This document shows, in pieces, positions 8,679 through 14,161 of a stretch of DNA of 14,161 nt. Below the pieces are notes generated by a model, which made no database searches, had not been told where the DNA came from, and worked only from the letters and a program-made list of their open reading frames with translations. The stretch is taken from positions 1 through 14,161 of the forward strand of contig JBDRVN010000043.1 of the NCBI GenBank assembly GCA_039801885.1, read 5' to 3'. A program made the position numbers and the translations under genes. Source of the DNA: a candidate division WOR-3 bacterium. GTDB taxonomy: Bacteria > Hydrothermota > Tepidihabitantia > Tepidihabitantales > DTDR01. Every line of letters begins with the position of its first letter. Within the stretch, counting starts at the first letter, position 1.

Positions 8679-9170
8679 GATAAGAAAGAAAGTTCTTAAT
8701 TCCTTTAGACAATTCTTAAAAGAAGGTTTTCTTTCAATAATTTTAATATTTTTGCTTTTATTAAAAGCAATTTTCTCTTCATAATAAATAAATAGAGAAT
8801 ATTCAACTAAAAAGAAAATAATAATTCCCAAATAGAGAAGAATTGGCATTTTTAAAAGCTGGAGAAAACCTACTAAGATAAAAAAATTTCCTAAATAAAT
8901 GGGATGTCTAAAATAACGATAGATTCCATTTACAACCAAAAATTCATTTCTAAATTTTAAAGAATAGCCAATATCTCCTAAATATAGATAGCCAAGGATG
9001 CGGAAAAGAAAACCTAAAGATATTAAAAATAAGGCTAAATAGATTTTATTAAAACTTACTTCTGAAAAGAAATAGATAATTAAAAAAGCGATTACGCCGA
9101 TTATATCGCGATAAAAATATAATGTTTCTGTTATTCTATTAAGATTTTTTAATCTTATCCCAAATTTCAT
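8643..9170 (-). CDS. Isoprenylcysteine carboxylmethyltransferase / PEMT-family integral membrane methyltransferase
   Basis: Several hydrophobic helices; [17 protein letters not shown] and downstream YEE motif. Start overlaps the mazG end; exact start uncertain. Confidence 0.8.
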   Translation of the reverse strand: MKFGIRLKNLNRITETLYFYRDIIGVIAFLIIYFFSEVSFNKIYLALFLISLGFLFRILGYLYLGDIGYSLKFRNEFLVVNGIYRYFRHPIYLGNFFILVGFLQLLKMPILLYLGIIIFFLVEYSLFIYYEEKIAFNKSKNIKIIERKPSFKNCLKELRTFFLILFSLLLFFLKI

Positions 9171-9882
9171 CCATCTCTTTTAGACTTGCTTCTTTTAAAT
9201 CTTTTCCCATTTTCTCAAACTCTTTTTCTAACTTCTTGAATCTCTTAATAAATTTCTGACAGGCTTTCTTTAAACTCTCTTCGGCAGAAAGATTTAGATG
9301 GCGAGAAAAATTAACTAAAGCAAATAAAATATCTCCTATTTCATTTTCTATTTCCTTTTTTTGTTTTTTTCTTATTGCCTCTTTCAACTCTTTTATCTCT
9401 TCTTCCACTTTATTTAAAACATCTTCTTTATTTTTCCAATCAAAACCAACTCTTTTAACTCTATCTTGAATTAATTCGGCATAATGTAAGGCGGGTAAAA
9501 TCTTTGGAATACCATCAACAATAGAAGTTTTTTTCTCTTTCTTTTTTAGACTCTCCCAATTTTTTAACACCTCTTTTACATCCTTTACTTTTTCATTTTT
9601 GAAAACATGGGGATGGCGATAGATAATCTTTTTCTTTAACCGGGTTAAAACCTTTAAAAAATTACTTTTCTTCTTCTCTTTTAAAAGTTGAGAAGCAAAA
9701 ACAATCAAAAGTAAAAGGTCACCAAGTTCCTCTTCAATTCCTTGAAAATTTTTCTTATTAATTTTATCAACCAATTCATAAACTTCATTGATAAATAATG
9801 GTTTAATTTTATTCAAAGTCTGTTTTCTATCCCAAGGACATCTCTTTCTTAATGTGGCAACAATTTTTAACAATTCCTTCAT
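9139..9882 (-). CDS. mazG: Nucleoside triphosphate pyrophosphohydrolase MazG (tandem domain)
   Basis: LRKRCPWDRKQT, EEELGDLL, RHPHVF, GIPKILPAL, GFDW, KVEEEIKE, EIGDILFALVN, KFIKRF motifs. Confidence 0.95.
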   Translation of the reverse strand: MKELLKIVATLRKRCPWDRKQTLNKIKPLFINEVYELVDKINKKNFQGIEEELGDLLLLIVFASQLLKEKKKSNFLKVLTRLKKKIIYRHPHVFKNEKVKDVKEVLKNWESLKKKEKKTSIVDGIPKILPALHYAELIQDRVKRVGFDWKNKEDVLNKVEEEIKELKEAIRKKQKKEIENEIGDILFALVNFSRHLNLSAEESLKKACQKFIKRFKKLEKEFEKMGKDLKEASLKEMDEIWDKIKKS

Positions 9883-9890
9883 AAATTAAA

Positions 9891-9918
9891 ATTTTAATAA
9901 ACATAATAGAAAATTCAA
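9891..9918 (-). promoter_or_regulatory. Sigma70-like promoter of mazG (near-leaderless)
   Basis: TTGAAT-16 nt-TAAAAT, 8 nt, ATG 9882; no SD. Confidence 0.55.
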
Positions 9919-9990
9919 TTGAAAAATAAACAAAATTCTGTTCTTTTAAATTGTTAGTTTAACTTATTGTTTGGCAATATAAATTTTTAA

Positions 9991-11334
9991 TTATTTAACA
10001 ACAATAAACTTTCTTTTTTCCTTATCAATTTTAACTACATAAATTCCTTTCTTTATTTTTCTTAAAGAAATCTTATCTCTTCTCTTTCTTAATACTAATT
10101 TTCCTGAAACATCATAAATTTCAATTTCCTCAAAATTTTTTAAAAGAGCCATATCCAAAAATGATTTTCTTATTCCCTGGGAAGTATCTATTTTATTCTT
10201 TTTGTATCCCTTTTCTTCTATAGCACTCATTGTGTCTCTTATTACGAAAAGAGAAGAATCTCGGGAATCTATTATATAAATTTGACGGGTATAAGGATTG
10301 CCAGTTATTCCGGGAGCTCCTTTTCCAAATCTTAACTGTGATATTATTGAATCATTCCGACAGTCTAAAACATAGAGAATATTATAACTATTTTTATTTT
10401 CATACCAGGAAAGAATATATAATCGGTTGCTCCATTCAGCAAAATATGTAGCAATAAAATCGGCATCGATAATTTCTATATTTTTTATTATTGAATCGGT
10501 CTCACAATCTATTATTTCTATGCAATAATTAGATGGTGAAAAACTAGGCCAATAGATTTTATTTTCATTTTTATTATAAATAATCGGTACCTCATCATTC
10601 CAGTATAAAGTGTCAAATATTTTAATTAATGTATCTCCACGGGTGCATATTACTGCTGATTTTGGTCCACCTCCTAACCACTCAGGCCCAACATATAATT
10701 TTCTGTAAAAAGAATTGTAACAAGCATTACCTGCGATTAATGGAAGGGATATTGTTTTAATCAGCGAATCACTTTCACAATCTATAACTCCCATAACATT
10801 AGCATACGCACACCCACAATAAACTTTATTACCAATTGAATCCCAACAAGTAAAATGAGAAAACCAATATTGGGGGTGGTTTATTATTTTAATTAATGAG
10901 TCAGTCTCACAATCTATTACACCAACATTTAATCCATCAACAGCATAAATTTTATCATTCATTGAATTATAACACTGTGTGGTTGGCCCACAGCTAACAA
11001 AATTAATCCATTTTATTATTGTATCTTTTTTGGTATCAATAACTAATATACTCTCAGGATTAGGATTAAAACCAAAATATATTTTATCTCTTTTTGGATT
11101 ATAGGTTCCATATGCAAAACTTGTTGGATAGTGGTGTGGAAGAGGAATAACCTTTTTTATTTCATAAGTTGAACAATCTACAACAAAAAATTGAGAACTG
11201 AATAAAACCTTTATATAAAGTTTATTTTCTTTGGAAATATAAAATAAACTTAATGGCCAATCATTAAGACGAACAACTGTATCAATTATTTGAGGAAAAA
11301 TAAAAAATGGAAAAAGGAAAATAAAATATCTCAT
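9991..11334 (-). CDS. Secreted YVTN/YncE-family beta-propeller protein with T9SS-type C-terminal domain
   Basis: About 7 repeats of YNxxxxKIY...VIDCETDSLIKxI; short signal-like N-terminus; C-terminal IEIYDVSGKLV...GIYVVKI...KFIVVK. Confidence 0.85.
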   Translation of the reverse strand: MRYFIFLFPFFIFPQIIDTVVRLNDWPLSLFYISKENKLYIKVLFSSQFFVVDCSTYEIKKVIPLPHHYPTSFAYGTYNPKRDKIYFGFNPNPESILVIDTKKDTIIKWINFVSCGPTTQCYNSMNDKIYAVDGLNVGVIDCETDSLIKIINHPQYWFSHFTCWDSIGNKVYCGCAYANVMGVIDCESDSLIKTISLPLIAGNACYNSFYRKLYVGPEWLGGGPKSAVICTRGDTLIKIFDTLYWNDEVPIIYNKNENKIYWPSFSPSNYCIEIIDCETDSIIKNIEIIDADFIATYFAEWSNRLYILSWYENKNSYNILYVLDCRNDSIISQLRFGKGAPGITGNPYTRQIYIIDSRDSSLFVIRDTMSAIEEKGYKKNKIDTSQGIRKSFLDMALLKNFEEIEIYDVSGKLVLRKRRDKISLRKIKKGIYVVKIDKEKRKFIVVK

Positions 11335-11336
11335 AA

Positions 11337-11364
11337 AATTTAAAGGGCGGGTTTTTACCCGCCC
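11337..11364 (-). terminator. GC hairpin / weak intrinsic terminator between the two propeller genes
   Basis: Minus strand GGGCGGGT-AAAA-ACCCGCCC followed by TTTAAATTTT, only 10 nt before the next ATG. Confidence 0.65.
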
Positions 11365-11377
11365 ATCCTTTTATGTG

Positions 11378-13006
11378 TTAGTTAATTATTACTTTGATCT
11401 TTTCTTGCTTTTCTTTCAAATTAATCATAATAAAATAAACACCGGAAGAAACGTTTCTTCCTTTTTCATTCTTTTTATTCCATATTAATTGGTGTTCTCC
11501 TTTTTCCATCTTCCCTTTAAAAATTGATTTCACTTTTTCACCATAAAAATTATAAACTGAGATTTCTACGTAAGATGGGATAGAAAGAAGATAAGAAATT
11601 TTAACACCTTTTTTATCTAAGAAGAATTTTTTCTTAATAGCTAAAATTGTATTTTGTAATTGCGAACTTTCGCTACCGCTTTCAATAGAGTCATCTTCTT
11701 CAAACCCCGGAGAAGGATTTACATAAAAACTGTTTCTATCTCTACCAATAATTAAATAAGCATCCTTATTAATTGGGTCAAAAGTAATAGAGGCTCCTGT
11801 ATCTAATATAGCTGGTAATTGGTCGCTATGCATAATCCATCTGCCAGCAGGTGCTCCCGGATAACGTGTCTTATATATATAATGATGGTTCCGCGAATTA
11901 CTGTGTCCAAATACTGCAAGAAGTTTTCGATAATATCCTGGTCCATCCTGATAACAAGATGTAAGTGAAGAACCAGCATTTTGTCTTAAAGGAGAAGTTG
12001 CGAGCGGTAAGAGCCTCCAATAATTGGAATGTATTGAGTAGCAATAAAAATTTTCTCTACCACCTCCTATAAGACAGTAAACACTTTCTGCTTTTGCCTC
12101 TTCTCCTTCTTTATGATAAGCAATTGAAGCACCTACTTTAACAGACTCAGGAATATCTGTTTTTCTAAGCCAATTATAATCAATAGTAAATTTTCTTATT
12201 TCGCTCCATAAAGAGTTGGATGAGCGGGTTCGCCAATAATAAATTCCTGGCGTAAAAATTATATTGGATGAAAAAATATTTTTATCACTTATAATATCTA
12301 TTATTGGAGAAGAAAAATCCAAATTATCATCTACTTGAAGTTGATAATAAGAAGCCATTGTGTCTCTTTTCCAACTGAATAATATTTCTATTGCATCTAA
12401 TATTGTATCGTTTGGTGGGAAAATGTCATCGCAAACCTGTTGAGCAAGTAATTTTTTAAAAGGAAGACAGTAAAACTCATTTTCTATTGCAAGATATAAC
12501 TCTCCAACAAGAACACTAATTATTATATTAGGAGGCGGTGGAGAAGAAGGTTCTACTGGTCTAAAGGTAATTCCTACAGCAGGATTACCTATCGGTATTT
12601 CTCTAGGAAGTAAGATCCCTCGCGACCATCTTCCGTTACAACCTGTATCATAAGTAAACGAATAAAGAAAAAGTGAATCTGGAAAATTTAAAAGTTGTAA
12701 AACAACGAATATTTTTTCAAAATCCAATCCACCTTTTCCATAAGTTATTGCATCTCCACAATAAATTTCATAACGGGATACTGGAAGAAAAGATAATTCC
12801 TGCCAATGTTCCCTTTTAATATTGTAAGCATAAAAATAGTCCCAATATCTTCCGCATATTAAAAAAATATATCCTCTACCATAAGTAACACCTGCGCCAG
12901 CCCTCGCAGTAGTAGGATAGGGAATAGGTGGCAAAGGTATCCAGTCTCCCAATAAAGTGGAAAAAAGAATTAATGAAATACATATTATTAAAAATATATT
13001 TTTCAT
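11378..13006 (-). CDS. Secreted Kelch-like repeat protein with internal Fn3/Ig-like domain and FlgD-Ig/T9SS C-terminal domain
   Basis: AGGAGG SD; signal peptide; Kelch-like blades (GAGVTY..IFLICG..FYAYNIKREHWQEL; GASIAY..VYCLIGGG..FYCYSIHSNYW); FSW...YQLQVDDNLDFSSP...YYWRTR...WSEIRKFTI; C-terminal VYNFYGEKVK...GEHQLIWN...GRNVSSGVYF. Confidence 0.85.
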   Translation of the reverse strand: MKNIFLIICISLILFSTLLGDWIPLPPIPYPTTARAGAGVTYGRGYIFLICGRYWDYFYAYNIKREHWQELSFLPVSRYEIYCGDAITYGKGGLDFEKIFVVLQLLNFPDSLFLYSFTYDTGCNGRWSRGILLPREIPIGNPAVGITFRPVEPSSPPPPNIIISVLVGELYLAIENEFYCLPFKKLLAQQVCDDIFPPNDTILDAIEILFSWKRDTMASYYQLQVDDNLDFSSPIIDIISDKNIFSSNIIFTPGIYYWRTRSSNSLWSEIRKFTIDYNWLRKTDIPESVKVGASIAYHKEGEEAKAESVYCLIGGGRENFYCYSIHSNYWRLLPLATSPLRQNAGSSLTSCYQDGPGYYRKLLAVFGHSNSRNHHYIYKTRYPGAPAGRWIMHSDQLPAILDTGASITFDPINKDAYLIIGRDRNSFYVNPSPGFEEDDSIESGSESSQLQNTILAIKKKFFLDKKGVKISYLLSIPSYVEISVYNFYGEKVKSIFKGKMEKGEHQLIWNKKNEKGRNVSSGVYFIMINLKEKQEKIKVIIN

Positions 13007-13068
13007 CTCTTCCTCCTTTTTATTTTAAAGATTTCTTTTTTTATTTTCAATAATTATCATCACCAAAA

Positions 13069-13093
13069 ATTATAACCATGAAAAAAAAGTCAA
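13069..13093 (-). promoter_or_regulatory. Promoter-like element of the Kelch gene, near-identical to the element at 2990-3021
   Basis: TTGACT-T tract-CATGGT-TATAAT; spacer 13 nt to TATAAT (15 nt to TAATTT). Confidence 0.5.
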
Positions 13094-13218
13094 TAGTTGA
13101 ATTTTAATTTATAAATTTGTTAAATATTTGAAAAATAAGAACTTATAAAATTAAGCAGAATTTTATTTTTGTGAGAATTAAAAGGTTTTGTTTTTTAAAT
13201 TATTATGTTTCATTTATG

Positions 13219-13271
13219 TTGACAAAAATATAAAATTTCAGTATATTAAAAGAAATAAAAGAAAAAGGAGG
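13219..13271 (+). promoter_or_regulatory. Promoter and RBS of the TM2-glyA unit
   Basis: TTGACA (13219-13224)-17 nt-TATATT (13242-13247); GGAGG at 13267-13271. Confidence 0.7.
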
Positions 13272-13276
13272 AAATT

Positions 13277-13672
13277 ATGTATTGCCGAAGTTGCGGAAAG
13301 GAAATAAGTGATGTTGCGGAGTTTTGTATTCATTGTGGTGCAAGACCTTTAAAAGGAAGAAAATATTGTCAAAATTGTGGAAGCGAAGTAAATCCAGAAG
13401 CAGAGATTTGTGTTAAATGTGGCGTGAGATTGTTAACAGAAAAGAAAAAAGAAAAAGAGGAAGGGCAAAAAGATTGGCTTGTTGCTTTGTTACTTTCCAT
13501 CTTCCTTGGTGGATTAGGGGTTGACCGATTTTATCTTGGTTATATTGGTTTAGGAATTTTGAAATTGTTAACTTGCGGTGGCTTTGGAATCTGGTGGTTG
13601 ATTGATTTAATTCTGATTGCCACAAATCGATTAAAGGATGCTGAAGGAAGAGAACTTTATAAAAGTGTCTAA
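13277..13672 (+). CDS. Double zinc-ribbon + TM2 domain membrane protein
   Basis: Four CxxCG knuckles (CRSCG, CIHCG, CQNCG, CVKCG) then [24 protein letters not shown]...[13 protein letters not shown]2 signature. Confidence 0.92.
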   Translation: MYCRSCGKEISDVAEFCIHCGARPLKGRKYCQNCGSEVNPEAEICVKCGVRLLTEKKKEKEEGQKDWLVALLLSIFLGGLGVDRFYLGYIGLGILKLLTCGGFGIWWLIDLILIATNRLKDAEGRELYKSV

Positions 13673-13683
13673 AAAGGAGTGAA

Positions 13684-14161
13684 ATGTTTCCCGAAAAATT
13701 ATTAAAAACCGATTTAGAAATATTTAAAGCAATCAAGGGAGAAACTGAAAGAGAACATTCTACCTTGGAACTTATTGCCTCAGAAAATTTCTGTTCAGAA
13801 GCAGTATTAGCAGCATTAGGTTCGGTCCTTACTAATAAATATGCCGAAGGATTACCAAAGAAAAGATATTATGGTGGTTGTGAATTTGTTGATATTGTTG
13901 AAAGTTTGGCAATTGAGAGATTAAAGAAATTGTTTAATGCTGAACATGCAAATGTCCAACCCCATTCCGGAACCCAAGCAAATATGATTGCCTATTTTGC
14001 CTTGGCTGAACCTGGTTCAGTAATCTTTGGATTGAATTTAACCCATGGCGGACATCTTTCCCATGGTCATCCGGTTAATTTTTCTGGTAAATATTTCCAA
14101 ATTGTTCATTATGGAGTTGACCCAAATACTGAGGTTATTGATTATGATAACTTATGGAAAA
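13684..14161 (+). CDS. glyA: Serine hydroxymethyltransferase, 3'-partial
   Basis: Manual translation from ATG 13684 (AGGAG SD): [46 protein letters not shown]. Runs off the right edge, so not in the ORF track. Confidence 0.97.
   Translation, partial: MFPEKLLKTDLEIFKAIKGETEREHSTLELIASENFCSEAVLAALGSVLTNKYAEGLPKKRYYGGCEFVDIVESLAIERLKKLFNAEHANVQPHSGTQANMIAYFALAEPGSVIFGLNLTHGGHLSHGHPVNFSGKYFQIVHYGVDPNTEVIDYDNLWK

Noticed and set aside
4343-13736. Track ORFs 4343..4531, 5895..6176, 6002..6208, 7441..7647, 10230..10451 and 13413..13736
   Set aside because: Antisense shadows of well-supported genes, with no motifs or RBS.
1-14161. Sec machinery (selA/B/C/D), tRNA/rRNA genes, transposases or integrases
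   Set aside because: None recognisable in this window; the selenoprotein call depends on sel genes located elsewhere in the genome.

Overview
Very AT-rich bacterial chromosomal window, standard genetic code. The mix of signal-peptide proteins with T9SS/FlgD-like C-terminal domains (Kelch, YVTN/YncE, NHL propellers, Omp28) suggests an FCB-related lineage such as candidate phylum WOR-3 (inference). Left to right: a minus-strand three-gene secreted cluster (archaemetzincin-like metalloprotease, hypothetical exported protein, large NHL-repeat protein running off the left edge and missed by the ORF track); a stand-alone EF-G paralogue with a divergent domain IV; an AT-rich spacer with a 24-nt tandem repeat and two hairpins; an Omp28-like thioredoxin-fold protein; hutU; an ICMT/PEMT-family methyltransferase; mazG; two secreted beta-propeller proteins; a zinc-ribbon/TM2 protein; and the 5' part of glyA. 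The main finding is that the Omp28-like gene appears to start at ATG 5858 (GGAGG RBS, signal peptide) and contains an in-frame TGA at 5957-5959 exactly at the first Cys of the redox CxxC motif (U-G-S-C), followed by a GC-rich SECIS-like hairpin. It is a candidate exported selenoprotein that the ORF track truncates.
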